Shown piece by piece: positions 1 through 10,733 of a stretch of DNA of 64,000 nt. Source of the DNA: an uncultured bacterium (GTDB lineage: Bacteria; Oederibacteriota; PGYV01; CAWJRG01); assembly GCA_963845185.1 (NCBI GenBank), contig CAWJRG010000009.1, forward strand, positions 576,001 through 640,000, read 5' to 3'. The position numbers and the translations under genes are program-made. Within the stretch, counting starts at the first letter, position 1. Each line of letters opens with the position of its first letter. The notes below the pieces were generated by a model. The model saw only the letters and a list, made by a program, of their open reading frames with translations, had not been told where the DNA came from and searched no databases.

Positions 1-100
1 TATGAACCGATTAATTTCTATATTTGCGCGTTTGTATCAGTTATTTCTCTTTTTATTTTGATTCTGTTTGGATTATTTTACTATAAAAAGGATATAAATT

Positions 101-2104
101 ATGCAAACTAATTTCAGGAAAAGATTAATATCAATTATCTATTTATTAATTGCATTTATTTTGGTTTGGATCGCCAGTGTTAATATGGTTGCGCCCACAT
201 TTAATTCCGACGATAGCCCGGAAACAACAGTTGCTTTTCAAACTATGGGAATTCAGCATCCTCCCGGTTATCCTCTTGACACTTTAATAGGTAAAATATT
301 TACAATGATTCCTGTTGGTAACGTAATGTTTAGAAGCAATCTCATGGCAATGTTTTTTAATATTATAACAGCTTTTTTTATATTTATTTTTGTCAAAATA
401 AATCTTCGCATTGATACCAAGGAAAGCCTGGTCAATTATATCTTTGCTGGGTTATCGGCTCTTTTCTATTTATTCAGTAATTCGGTTTTTTTACAATCGA
501 CTTTTGCCAAAGGCAGTATTTACACTCTGAATTCTTTTTTTACTATTACAATAGTGGCGCTTCTATTAAATCTAAAAAAGAACATTAAATACTTTTTTCT
601 TTTTTCGTTTTTATACGGGTTATCATTAGGCAATCACTGGCAAAGCATTATAGTGATTTTTCCGGCGGTTGCTTTTTACCTTTTTATTAACTGGAAGTAT
701 TTAAACGCAGGAGCCATTGTTAAAAGCATTTTTTTCTTTATGATTGGGATTTCAATCTATATTTTTATTTTTATAAGAAGCACGGAGCAGCCAATTTATT
801 CATGGGGGGATATTAAAAGCCTTAAGGATTTTATTTGGCTGATAAGTAGAGCCCAGTATTCTACAGTGGAAGGAGTACATACAATACATAACACAATAAA
901 TTTATTAAGGTTCTATATTAATGACCTTTTTTCGAGTCAATATCCATTTTTTATTGCCATATTTTTATTCCCGGGAGGTTATTTTCTGTTAAAGAAATTG
1001 CGAACAGAAACAATTACGATCTTAATTGCTTACTTATTCCTCATCGCAAGCGTAGTAAGGTTTGCAACACCGCCGCCGAATACGGAATGGCTTATTAAAG
1101 CATATTTAATTTCGTCCTATATTTTTATTGCAATATTCATGTCAGCAGGAATATGTTATATAATAAATTCCATAAAAGGATTAAGTAATATAGTAAAACT
1201 TTCAGTTTATTTGTTGGTAACTGTTATTATTATTATTTCGCTAAGGCTTCATGTGCCTGATTATTCACGATATTTTATAGGGTATGATTATTCGGAAAAT
1301 ATTGTTAAAAGTATGCCCCAAGGTTCAATATTTATTGCTGAAGGAGACATGAATATCGGAGCGGCGCTCTATGAACGTTTAATCAAAAAGGAAAATTTTA
1401 TATCCATAATACCTGTTGTACTTGGTTATTCGTGGTACCGAGATCAATTGATGCGTATTTATGATGGTGATTTAAAGCTTGCGCCGCTTGCGCCCAATAT
1501 GATAGAGGAGCTTAATAATATTATGATGAATAACAAGGAAAAGAATATTTATTATTCTAATGTGTACACAAAAGAATGGCAAAAACTTTTACTGAAACCT
1601 GAGGGAATCGTTTATAAGGTCTTGACGGATACCTCGATTAAAAACTATGTCAGCGATGCAAATTTTAATATCTACTCGTACAGGGGTATTATTGATAATG
1701 GGGTAAAATACGATGATTTTACAAAAAGGCTCGTTGTCGAAAATTATGGGGTTAGTTATTATATGACAGGCGATATTTTTAGGAAATCAGGCAGGAATGA
1801 TGTGGCTGTAAAATTATATAAAAATGGCTTTGTTTTTTTGCCGAGCGATTCTGCCTTGCTTAATATAGGTATTTGTTATTACACCATGAAAGATATGCCA
1901 AACGCTGAAAAATACTGGAGGGAAGCATTAGAATTGAACCCACGCTTGTCTGTTGCTTATTCAAACCTAGCTTTCATTTATTTAAATAAAAATGAAACTG
2001 CGAAAGCCTTAGAATATGTTGATAAAGCTTTGGAATATGACCAAAATAATTCGTCTGCACGCCAGTTAAAAGACGTGCTTAATAAAGCTGGTATTCATAG
2101 ATAA
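101..2104 (+). CDS. DUF2723/TMEM260-like multi-pass membrane glycosyltransferase (GT-C) with C-terminal TPR
   Basis: N-terminal DSPE...HPPGYPL motif, many TM segments, GD(M)N motif, TPR-like C-terminus. Confidence 0.8.
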   Translation: MQTNFRKRLISIIYLLIAFILVWIASVNMVAPTFNSDDSPETTVAFQTMGIQHPPGYPLDTLIGKIFTMIPVGNVMFRSNLMAMFFNIITAFFIFIFVKINLRIDTKESLVNYIFAGLSALFYLFSNSVFLQSTFAKGSIYTLNSFFTITIVALLLNLKKNIKYFFLFSFLYGLSLGNHWQSIIVIFPAVAFYLFINWKYLNAGAIVKSIFFFMIGISIYIFIFIRSTEQPIYSWGDIKSLKDFIWLISRAQYSTVEGVHTIHNTINLLRFYINDLFSSQYPFFIAIFLFPGGYFLLKKLRTETITILIAYLFLIASVVRFATPPPNTEWLIKAYLISSYIFIAIFMSAGICYIINSIKGLSNIVKLSVYLLVTVIIIISLRLHVPDYSRYFIGYDYSENIVKSMPQGSIFIAEGDMNIGAALYERLIKKENFISIIPVVLGYSWYRDQLMRIYDGDLKLAPLAPNMIEELNNIMMNNKEKNIYYSNVYTKEWQKLLLKPEGIVYKVLTDTSIKNYVSDANFNIYSYRGIIDNGVKYDDFTKRLVVENYGVSYYMTGDIFRKSGRNDVAVKLYKNGFVFLPSDSALLNIGICYYTMKDMPNAEKYWREALELNPRLSVAYSNLAFIYLNKNETAKALEYVDKALEYDQNNSSARQLKDVLNKAGIHR

Positions 2105-2138
2105 AAGCAAGGCATCAAAAATCAAAAGGAAACATAAA

Positions 2139-4226
2139 ATGAGAATAATTTTCGCTTTTATATCGTTGATAATATTTTTTGTTTTCCTTAGAACAGCGCC
2201 ACCTACAATTTACCTTGGCGATAGCGGCGAAATCGTAGCTGCCGCATATAATATGGGTATAGGTCATCCACCGGGCTATCCTTTATTTATGCTTGGGGCT
2301 AAAATAGCTTCTTTTGTGCCATTGGGTGATATTGGTTTCAGAATTAATCTTTTTTCTGTTTTTTTAGGCATACTTTGTTTTCTGTTATTTTATTTAACAG
2401 GCGTCGAATTTGTAAAATTCCTCTTTAAAATAAATAAAAAAGGGATACTGCCTGTTAAATTAACAGCACTTGCCTTGGCGCTTATATATACCTTTTCAAA
2501 TATTTTTTGGTTCCAGGCAGTTCATGCAAAAGGCGCTATATATACCTTTATGCATCTCGCAGTCTTACTTGCCATTTTTGTAGTTTTAAAATTTAAAACA
2601 ACAAAAGAAAATAAATATTTTTATCTTGCTTTTTATTTGGCCGGCTTTTTAACCGTTGTTCACCAATCAACGCTGCTTTTTACGGTTTTTATAGTTGCCA
2701 TTCTACTGGCAGACAATATAAAAAAATTATATTATAAACGAACTTTTTTAGGAATACTGTTTTTTTTGACAGCAGCGATCTCGCCGTATCTATATTTATT
2801 TATCAGAATGAAAACCAGGGCTGCTGTTCAGTGGTCAAATATAAGCACATTTTCTCAGCTAATCAGCCATATTTTAAGAAGAATTTATTTTCCTAACAGT
2901 AGTTATATTTGGGTTTTACCAGATGTTCTGATTTTCAGGCTTAAATACTATATGGAGGAATGTGTTAGAAATTATAATATATTAGTAATATTTTTTTTAA
3001 TCGGGCTTTTTATTTTATACAAAAAAAACAAAAAATTGTTTATAGGTATATCCGGATTTCTTGTTTTAAACTATACTGCGCTTGTTTTAGGCGTTAACAC
3101 GGTCGCCGGTTTTGCGCCGAATTCCATATCACCATTTTTTATGTATACAACAAAAAATTTTTACATGATGAACGAGATTCTAGCCATGATTATTAGTATT
3201 GCTGGACTTTATGGAGCTGTTGAATTATTCATACGAAACGACAATTCAAAAAAAACACCATTGTTTATATTTTTGTTTATGGTACCTGTGGCCATGGTTT
3301 TGGGTAATTATAAATTAAACGACCTTTCCAGGAATTATCTTACCTACGACCGTGCAGAAAATATTTTTAAAACACTGAAAAACGGTGATATTTTATTTGC
3401 GAATGAAGATTTTGATGTATTTTCAATACTTTATACTCAATATGTTAGGCGCGCTTATAGAAATATACGCACAATTGACATGGCTGGAACTTTTCTGGAC
3501 ACATCAATATACAAAGATTTGAAAAACTCCGAAATAAAAGTTGTTTTTAATAATAAGGTGCCGGGAGCTGAGAAGTTCAAGTTTCAGCTAACACAGATGA
3601 TTAAAAATAACGCCGAATTGGATATTTTTAAACAAAACCCTAGAAAAGTTTACTATGCTTCTTTTACCGAATATACAAAAGAAAAATTCAGGACTAAGCC
3701 ATATAGCGTAATATTCAAATTATATAAAGAAGATGAAAAAACTCCTGATTCGGAACGATTACTAAAATTTTGTTCAATAAGAGACTATTACAACAATAAG
3801 AACCTGGATTTATATTGTAAGGATGTACTGGCTAGGTATTTTTTGCAGAAAGCGCGATTTGCAGCTGTAAATAGCGATATTGAGGTCTTTGAGAAGTATC
3901 GGCAGGTAGCTGAGGAATTGGCAGGCGAATGCGGTGACATATTAAACCTTATATGTTCAATTTACCTATATGATCTAAAAAAACCGGAATATGCTGTAAA
4001 ATATATGGAAAAAATTCTAGAATTGGATCCTTATGATTATAAATCCTTAAATGTTTTAATAAAACTCTGCATGGAATACGATCCGGAAAAGGCAATTGAA
4101 TGGCTAAAATATTTATATTCCAAAATAGATGACGAACAGCAAAGGAATAACATTTTAGTAACGATAACCAAAATAAAAGAAATGCTAGAAAAGGAAACTA
4201 ATGGAGCCGGAAGTAACCTGCATTAG
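2139..4226 (+). CDS. DUF2723/TMEM260-like membrane glycosyltransferase, tandem paralog
   Basis: GDSGE...HPPGYPLF motif, multi-TM, TPR-like tail. Confidence 0.8.
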   Translation: MRIIFAFISLIIFFVFLRTAPPTIYLGDSGEIVAAAYNMGIGHPPGYPLFMLGAKIASFVPLGDIGFRINLFSVFLGILCFLLFYLTGVEFVKFLFKINKKGILPVKLTALALALIYTFSNIFWFQAVHAKGAIYTFMHLAVLLAIFVVLKFKTTKENKYFYLAFYLAGFLTVVHQSTLLFTVFIVAILLADNIKKLYYKRTFLGILFFLTAAISPYLYLFIRMKTRAAVQWSNISTFSQLISHILRRIYFPNSSYIWVLPDVLIFRLKYYMEECVRNYNILVIFFLIGLFILYKKNKKLFIGISGFLVLNYTALVLGVNTVAGFAPNSISPFFMYTTKNFYMMNEILAMIISIAGLYGAVELFIRNDNSKKTPLFIFLFMVPVAMVLGNYKLNDLSRNYLTYDRAENIFKTLKNGDILFANEDFDVFSILYTQYVRRAYRNIRTIDMAGTFLDTSIYKDLKNSEIKVVFNNKVPGAEKFKFQLTQMIKNNAELDIFKQNPRKVYYASFTEYTKEKFRTKPYSVIFKLYKEDEKTPDSERLLKFCSIRDYYNNKNLDLYCKDVLARYFLQKARFAAVNSDIEVFEKYRQVAEELAGECGDILNLICSIYLYDLKKPEYAVKYMEKILELDPYDYKSLNVLIKLCMEYDPEKAIEWLKYLYSKIDDEQQRNNILVTITKIKEMLEKETNGAGSNLH

Positions 4227-4464
4227 GCTGAAATATTTTTATAGTTATGTATATCCGGATGCCAAAGGGCATAGGAGACTACATAAATATTTTTTTAAAT
4301 AACTGCAGAATGCAATAAATACATTATATAAAGGTGCAATTGGCGAAAAATTAGCTGCGGAAATAAAAGAACGGCTAACATACTGGTTTATTCTGCATAT
4401 CCGGAAAAGTGGCATAAAACTCAGTTCATATGTGTTGAAAAAGCAGCTCCTATGCTGCTTTTAA
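4201..4464 (+). pseudogene. degraded hemerythrin-like fragment with internal stop
   Basis: One frame reads YPDAKGHRRLHKYFFK*...LTYWFILHIRKSG (YPxxxxHxxxH and WxxxHI motifs); TAA at 4300-4302. Confidence 0.55.
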
Positions 4465-4480
4465 GCTAAAAACATGCATA

Positions 4481-4509
4481 TTGACAAAGATTTAAATAGC
4501 GGATATAAT
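4481..4509 (+). promoter_or_regulatory. sigma70 promoter
   Basis: TTGACA-17bp-TATAAT perfect consensus. Confidence 0.85.
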
Positions 4510-4546
4510 TAGCCCATAAAATTTCGGAAAATGAGGAGGCATATAA

Positions 4547-5002
4547 ATGAAGATAGGACATGCAGTAAAAATAACAAATCTTGATTACTTTAACGATCCT
4601 AACGCTAAAAAAAGAAGCAAATCATTGGTTGGGAAAGTAGGTAAAATAGTCAATATTACGCTTGGTGTTTTTAAGGTGCAATTTGACGACGGCGAGGTTG
4701 ATTTTTTTGACGGAAGGGAACTTGAATTCGCTGAAAAATTGGAACCAAGGGCTATTGACCTTGTTTTTGTATCCTGGCAAAAAGAGGGAAAAAGCGTATA
4801 CGACACAGAAGAGGGCGACAAACTTTTTATAGGTGATTTTCATCATGGAACAATTTTTAAAGGAACTATTGAACTTGACGAAGAAGAAACAAGTAGAATA
4901 AAACAGGCTTGGAAAGCAGGAATACATCCTGTTTTTGATATAAGGGTAAGGGAAGAAGATGACAAAAGAAAAAACAGGCGGGAAGATAAGCCTAATTCCT
5001 GA
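4547..5002 (+). CDS. hypothetical protein (possible SH3/KOW-like N-terminus)
   Basis: 151 aa ORF with GAGGAGG RBS and consensus promoter. Confidence 0.65.
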   Translation: MKIGHAVKITNLDYFNDPNAKKRSKSLVGKVGKIVNITLGVFKVQFDDGEVDFFDGRELEFAEKLEPRAIDLVFVSWQKEGKSVYDTEEGDKLFIGDFHHGTIFKGTIELDEEETSRIKQAWKAGIHPVFDIRVREEDDKRKNRREDKPNS

Positions 5003-5090
5003 TAGAATTTTGGCTGCTAATCCCTTTTGAAAACCGAAATCCTTTAAATATTTCAAATATAATGAATATAAATTTTGTATATTATTTAGT

Positions 5091-5167
5091 GGGCGCATAG
5101 CTCAGTTGGTTAGAGTATCAGCTCGACAAGCTGAGGGTCACTGGTTCGATCCCAGTTGCGCCCACCA
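5091..5167 (+). tRNA. tRNA-Val(GAC)
   Basis: Cloverleaf, TTCGA T-loop, anticodon stem TCAGC/GCTGA with GAC at 5125-5127, encoded CCA. Confidence 0.95.
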
Positions 5168-5189
5168 TAATTTAATAGGAGACAATACA

Positions 5190-7304
5190 ATGAAATTTAA
5201 GATTAACTTGAATGGTAAATGGAAATTCAAAGTTCAGGGTAAAGAAACAAAAATTAAGGTGCCATCAAACTGGTATTTGCAGGGGCATGATATTTTCGGC
5301 AAAGCAGAGTACTCGAGGGATTTTATAGTTAAAAAAATCAAATCAACTAATTATTTTGTTATTTTTGACGGTGTTGATTATTTCACCGATGTCTATATCA
5401 ACAACAAGCCGGCAGGCAGGCATGAAGGGTATTTCCAACGATTCAGATTTGACATAACAAAATTGCTGAAAGATGGAAAGAACGAAATAAAAGTTATTGT
5501 CGATTCTCCCAAGGAATCTGAAGAAATATGGCCAGATAAAAAGATACTTATCAAGGGCATATTTAACCATCACGATACCAGGCCGGGCTCATGGAGTAAA
5601 AAATTCGGGCAGGATAAAAATACAGGCGGTATATGGAATAATGTTTATATTACTGCAGTTAATTCTGTTGAGATTGAAAGAGTCAAGATAACGCCTTTGT
5701 TAAAAGACGATGAAAATTGGAATGTGTCGCATGAATTGCTTATAAATAATTACACAGGAAAAGCACTGGAATGTGCAATAAACGCGCTGATTGTCTCGGT
5801 TAATTTCAGGGGAGCTTCAAAAGAGATTAAAAACAGCGTATTGCTGCAGCCCGGTGTGAATAAAATCCAATTAAGTAATGACATGAAAAATCCGGCTTTG
5901 TGGTGGACCTGGGATTTCGGCAAGCAGAATCTTTATAAGTTTACTTACCTTATTAACGCAGGAGGTATTAAAGACAGTTATTCGGACATCAGCGGCATAA
6001 GGGAATTTAAACGCAGAGAGGACAAGTGCTGGTATTTAAACGGCAAAAGAATATTTCTGCGCGGAACGAATATCATACCTACGCAGTGGCTTTCCGAATA
6101 CACCAATGCCAAGATAAGAAAAGACGCTGAACTTTTAAAAGGTGCTAACATGAATATAGTGAGGATTCATGCCCACGTCAACAGGGAAGAACTTTACAGG
6201 GAAATGGACAGGGCAGGCATTATGGTGTGGCAGGATTTTGCCCTTCAGTGGGCATATGAAGAAACCGAGGAATTTACACGCAATGCATCAGCACAGATAA
6301 AGGACATGGTAAACCAGCATTATAACAGGCCTTCGATAACAATTTGGTGCTGCCATAACGAGCCGTTTGTTAATTTAAAACAACTCGACCCTGTTCTTGT
6401 GACAAAAGTAAGGGAAGAAGACCCTGTGAGATATATTGAAAAGGCTTCGGATTTCGGACAGCATTTTTATCCTGGCTGGTATGTTGACGCGACGCCCGGG
6501 AATTTCAGCAGGGACATGTTGAATGCGAAAAAACAGCTGCTTGCATCCGAATACGGGGCACAGGCACTGCCTTGCCTTGCCTCCATGAAAAAAATATTCA
6601 AACCGTGCGAGCTTTTTCCTCCTGACCTGGAAAAGTGGATGTACCATGATTTCCAGCCAGAACAAACATTTAATCAGGCTCACATTAACATAGGAAAAAA
6701 TATAAGTGAATTTATCGAAAATTCCCAGCAGTACCAAGCAGATCTTTTAAAAGATATTACCGAGACATTCAGGAAAGCAAGGTACGAAGTTGTCGGCGGT
6801 TTGCTGCAGTTTATGTTTTCCGAATGCTGGCCGTCTATAGCATGGGGGGTTGTCGATTATTTCAGGGTGCCTAAAAAAGGATATTATTATTTAAAAACAG
6901 CTTTTCAGCCGGTTTACCCCGGATATGTGCTGACAAGAAAAAACAAGTCAAAAGGAGAAAGAATAAGCTGGGGGACTTTATGGGATTCATTTTTTATAAT
7001 AAACGACCTTCCTTATCCGTTGAAAAATATTACTGCGAGAATGAAGTTTATTGATGCAAAAGGGAAAGTTTATTATGATGTTAAAAGTGTTGCGAAAAAT
7101 ATTCAGGCAGATTCCATGATTTATCCTTTTGAAGAAAAAGAGTTGCGTGCTGGAGAAAGGGACTCCTTTGAGATACCTGAAGATTCGGCTGCAGGCCAGC
7201 ATAAAATTGTAATTGATTTATACGACAAGAGGAATAAAAAAATGGCGCATAATTATTATGATTTTTTTGTTAATGAGCACTATGTGGCTCATAAATACAG
7301 ATAA
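5190..7304 (+). CDS. glycoside hydrolase family 2 (beta-mannosidase/galactosidase-like)
   Basis: LNGKWKF, FDGVDY, HEGYF, WCCHNEP and SEYGAQ motifs; start moved to ATG 5190 (ORF-track start overlaps the tRNA). Confidence 0.9.
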   Translation: MKFKINLNGKWKFKVQGKETKIKVPSNWYLQGHDIFGKAEYSRDFIVKKIKSTNYFVIFDGVDYFTDVYINNKPAGRHEGYFQRFRFDITKLLKDGKNEIKVIVDSPKESEEIWPDKKILIKGIFNHHDTRPGSWSKKFGQDKNTGGIWNNVYITAVNSVEIERVKITPLLKDDENWNVSHELLINNYTGKALECAINALIVSVNFRGASKEIKNSVLLQPGVNKIQLSNDMKNPALWWTWDFGKQNLYKFTYLINAGGIKDSYSDISGIREFKRREDKCWYLNGKRIFLRGTNIIPTQWLSEYTNAKIRKDAELLKGANMNIVRIHAHVNREELYREMDRAGIMVWQDFALQWAYEETEEFTRNASAQIKDMVNQHYNRPSITIWCCHNEPFVNLKQLDPVLVTKVREEDPVRYIEKASDFGQHFYPGWYVDATPGNFSRDMLNAKKQLLASEYGAQALPCLASMKKIFKPCELFPPDLEKWMYHDFQPEQTFNQAHINIGKNISEFIENSQQYQADLLKDITETFRKARYEVVGGLLQFMFSECWPSIAWGVVDYFRVPKKGYYYLKTAFQPVYPGYVLTRKNKSKGERISWGTLWDSFFIINDLPYPLKNITARMKFIDAKGKVYYDVKSVAKNIQADSMIYPFEEKELRAGERDSFEIPEDSAAGQHKIVIDLYDKRNKKMAHNYYDFFVNEHYVAHKYR

Positions 7305-7356
7305 TGTAAGCTTGGATTGAAAAAAACCTTTATTCAAAACTTAAATAGAGGCAGAT

Positions 7357-8571
7357 ATGGCAACGGATGATACAAAAAAATCAATACAGTTGTTAATGCT
7401 TTTCGGGCTTATAAGTCTTTTTGGGGATATTGTATATGAAGGTGCAAGGAGCGTAAATGGTCCATACCTTAAAACCCTTGCCATGAACGCAGCGATGGTA
7501 GGCTTTATAACCGGGCTTGGGGAATTCGCCGGTTACGCGCTGCGTCTTTTGACAGGCTTTTATTCCGATAAAACAAAAGCTTACTGGTTTTTTACTTTTT
7601 TGGGTTACGGTCTTATAATTGCAATACCAATGCTTTCCTTGACCGGTGTATGGCAGATAGCGGCTGTTTTAATGGTCATGGAAAGGGTTGGAAAGGGAAT
7701 AAGGGCGCCTGCCAAAGATTCCATCGTGTCAAGCGCGGCAAAAAGAATAGGCACAGGTAAGGGGTTTGCAATACAGGAGGTTATGGACCAGTTTGGCGCG
7801 ATGATTGGGCCGCTTATTTTCGCAGGATATTTTGCGCTGACCGGAGGCGGTTCGAAAAACGCACTGGACTACAGGCACGCTTACGGTCTGTTCTGGATTC
7901 CATTTCTTCTTGTTATGTTCTTTGCCGTAATTGCTTATACACGCGTGCCTGACCCGAGTAAACTGGAGCCTCCAAAGAAGGCGCAGGAACCGGACCGCAT
8001 AACAAAACTTTTCTGGATTTATAATATATTTTCTTTTATTACATCGCTTGGTTTTATAAGTTATGCCTTAATCGGTTTTCATTTTAAAGCGGATAACGTG
8101 ATAAGCGATGCCATGATACCTGTATTTTACGCAATCGCCATGGCAGTTGACGGCGCGGCAGCTTTTATAATCGGAAACTTATATGATAAAATAAAAGATA
8201 AATCAGGGCATCCCGGCGGCGGTCTTACAACCCTTATAATGATACCACTGCTTTCCGCAATCATTCCTTTTCTTGCTTTTACGAAGAGCGCATATCTTGC
8301 ACTTGGGGCAGCAGTATTGTGGGGTATAGTAATGGGCTCGCACGAAACCATAATGAAAGCAGCCATCGCAGATATAACACCTATTAAGAAAAGGGGCACT
8401 GGTTATGGAATATTTAATTTTTCCTACGGCATGGCAATGCTTGCGGGCGGTTATCTTGCCGGCCTTATGTATGATATTTCCATACCTGTTTTATGCTGGG
8501 CGGTCGCAGGCCTGCAGACAATAGGTCTTGGTATGTTTTTTGTTATGAAAAAAGAAATACAGAGTAATTAA
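7357..8571 (+). CDS. MFS transporter
   Basis: ~12 TM segments, ERVGKGIRAPAKD motif. Confidence 0.9.
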   Translation: MATDDTKKSIQLLMLFGLISLFGDIVYEGARSVNGPYLKTLAMNAAMVGFITGLGEFAGYALRLLTGFYSDKTKAYWFFTFLGYGLIIAIPMLSLTGVWQIAAVLMVMERVGKGIRAPAKDSIVSSAAKRIGTGKGFAIQEVMDQFGAMIGPLIFAGYFALTGGGSKNALDYRHAYGLFWIPFLLVMFFAVIAYTRVPDPSKLEPPKKAQEPDRITKLFWIYNIFSFITSLGFISYALIGFHFKADNVISDAMIPVFYAIAMAVDGAAAFIIGNLYDKIKDKSGHPGGGLTTLIMIPLLSAIIPFLAFTKSAYLALGAAVLWGIVMGSHETIMKAAIADITPIKKRGTGYGIFNFSYGMAMLAGGYLAGLMYDISIPVLCWAVAGLQTIGLGMFFVMKKEIQSN

Positions 8572-8625
8572 GTTACGTAGGTTTTATTACAGTATGGCTT
8601 CATCATAATGTATAAAGGGGATTAA

Positions 8626-9897
8626 ATGCCAACAACAGAACAGATTAAAAAATTATTAAAAACTGGATTAGACTCAAAAACTTTTTATTTAATAAAAAAA
8701 ACAGGCGCTTTTGCCGATAAAGAAGGCATAAAAGCATATATTGTCGGCGGCATGGTGCGCGATATGCTCCTTAAAAGAAAAACACTTGATATTGATATAG
8801 TTGTCGAAGGCGATGGTACTGAATTTGCGAGGCGCCTTGCCGACAGTTTACGTGGAGCATATAAGAAATTCGACAAGTTTAAAACAGCAAAAATTTTCCT
8901 CAAAAACAGGCGGATAGACATAGCGAGCGCAAGGACTGAGATATACGCAAACCCTGCTGCTCTGCCTGACGTTGATTTTACTGATTTAAAAAAAGATTTA
9001 TTCCGTAGGGATTTTACAATAAATGCCATGTCTGTATGCATTAACAGGGGAAGATTCGGCGAGTTTATAGATTATTTTTACGGGTATAAGGATTTAAAAA
9101 CAGGAATTTTAAAAACGCTTCATGATAAAAGTTTTATGGATGACCCTACACGGATACTGAGGCTTGTTAGGTTTGAAACGAGGTTTGATTTTAAAATAGA
9201 GCATAAGACTTTGTTGCTTTTAAAAGATGCGCTAAAAAAAGATATATTTGACATAGTGCCGGGAGAAAGGTTAAGAGACGAGATTTTGATATTGCTCGAC
9301 GAAAAAGATCCGTTAAAAGCATTGTTGCGGCTTCAACAGCTAAAAATACTAAAAAAATTAAATAAAAATTTCTTTATAGATTCAAATACAATAAAATTAT
9401 ATAAAAAATTGGAAACTATAAAATTCAGGGAAACCGAAAGCGATTCCATTATTATTCTCTTCATGGTTTTTACAACGGAACTGGATATTAAATCTATCAT
9501 TGACTTATTAAACAGATTAAAATTCAGCAATGACTGGAAAAAGATAGTGCTTGATGCTAAGCGTGATAGTGCCAGGGTTTTAAAGAGCCTCGATGCTAAA
9601 AAAATAAGAGACAGCAGAATATATGATTTGTTAAAAAAATATAGGATTGAAACCCTGCTTTATTTTGCTTTAATTTCAGACAATAAAAAAGTAAATGACA
9701 GGATAAAACTATATATTAAGGTTTTAAAAAACTCCAAGATTGCCATATCCGGAAAAGACCTTAAGGATATGGGCGTAAAAGAAGGGCCAAAATACGGCAA
9801 GATACTTGATAAAGTAATGGCAGCAAAAATCGACGGAAAGGTAAAAGGAAGAGCGCAGGAGCTAGCACTGGCCGGGAGATTATTTAAAATTGAATAA
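8626..9897 (+). CDS. cca: class II tRNA nucleotidyltransferase (CCA/A-adding)
   Basis: VGGMVRD...DIDI, DLFRRDFTINAM, DDPTRILR and ERLRDE motifs. Confidence 0.85.
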   Translation: MPTTEQIKKLLKTGLDSKTFYLIKKTGAFADKEGIKAYIVGGMVRDMLLKRKTLDIDIVVEGDGTEFARRLADSLRGAYKKFDKFKTAKIFLKNRRIDIASARTEIYANPAALPDVDFTDLKKDLFRRDFTINAMSVCINRGRFGEFIDYFYGYKDLKTGILKTLHDKSFMDDPTRILRLVRFETRFDFKIEHKTLLLLKDALKKDIFDIVPGERLRDEILILLDEKDPLKALLRLQQLKILKKLNKNFFIDSNTIKLYKKLETIKFRETESDSIIILFMVFTTELDIKSIIDLLNRLKFSNDWKKIVLDAKRDSARVLKSLDAKKIRDSRIYDLLKKYRIETLLYFALISDNKKVNDRIKLYIKVLKNSKIAISGKDLKDMGVKEGPKYGKILDKVMAAKIDGKVKGRAQELALAGRLFKIE

Positions 9898-9899
9898 AA

Positions 9900-9928
9900 G
9901 TAGAGACGTTGCGCCGCAACGTCTTTAC
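9900..9928. repeat. GTAG-type REP palindrome
   Basis: GTAGAGACGTTGCG-C-CGCAACGTCTTTAC. Confidence 0.65.
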
Positions 9929-9956
9929 TGTAATGGTTTTATGAAGGAGGTTGAAC

Positions 9957-10457
9957 ATGGAAACATTTAATGCAATCAAAGGCAGGCGCAGCATAAGAAA
10001 GTATAAAAAGGGGGCAGTTATTGATAAAAAAACACTTGAAGAAATTGTTGAGACAGGAAAGTATGCGCCAAGCGCAAGAGCGGAATATCCTTGGCAATTT
10101 ATAATCATCACTGAACCGGATCGTATTAAAGAATTAACTAAAATAGTTGGTCAGTACGGCAAATTTATGGTAAATGCTGCGGCTTCCATAGTTGTAACTA
10201 GCAAAGACGCGAAATATTATCTCGAGGATGGCTCGGCCGCGACACAGAATATACTGCTTGCCGCGTACGCAAAAGGCATAGGAACATGCTGGATTGCAGG
10301 CGATAAAAAGGATTATTGCCCAAAAGTGATGGAATTCATCAATGCGCCTGCAGGCTACAAACTTGTCAGCATAATATCAGTAGGCGTACCTGACGAAAAA
10401 CCCAAGAAACTGAAACCTAATAACAGTGAAATAATACATTGGGAAAAATTTAAATAA
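9957..10457 (+). CDS. nitroreductase family protein
   Basis: RRSIRKY, APSA...PWQF, QNILLAA...GIGTCW; AAGGAGG RBS. Confidence 0.92.
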   Translation: METFNAIKGRRSIRKYKKGAVIDKKTLEEIVETGKYAPSARAEYPWQFIIITEPDRIKELTKIVGQYGKFMVNAAASIVVTSKDAKYYLEDGSAATQNILLAAYAKGIGTCWIAGDKKDYCPKVMEFINAPAGYKLVSIISVGVPDEKPKKLKPNNSEIIHWEKFK

Positions 10458-10602
10458 GACAGATGACATATTCTTTGTAATCAATTGCAATATAAGGTAT
10501 TAGCGATTTTCAAAATGCCTTTCAAAACGCTTGACAGTTTGCTGGTTTTATTATAATATTTGTTATTCCTGAATTAACTTTGAATCGGGAAATTTTTTGT
10601 TT

Positions 10603-10725
10603 GTGGAACCCCGCCGACAGGATTCGGCGGTCTTTAAAAACCACCGGAGGTCTATCATAAGTTCCCTCCGGAAAGGCATAATACATCCCCCAACTGGGAG
10701 TTGGGGGATTTCTTTCTGGATTAAA
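10603..10725 (-). mobile_element. ~125-bp non-autonomous palindromic element (IS200/IS605-end-like), copy A, in the rplM leader
   Basis: Reverse complement closely matches 56841-56964; hairpins near both ends. Confidence 0.6.
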
Positions 10726-10733
10726 GGAGGACT

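Noticed and set aside
5106..5189. N-terminal extensions in the ORF track (also starts 13135, 15283, 15702, 40670, 44049, 45322, 47031)
   Set aside because: They run through a tRNA, RNA motifs, REPs, promoters or upstream genes; downstream ATGs fit the RBS or domain start better
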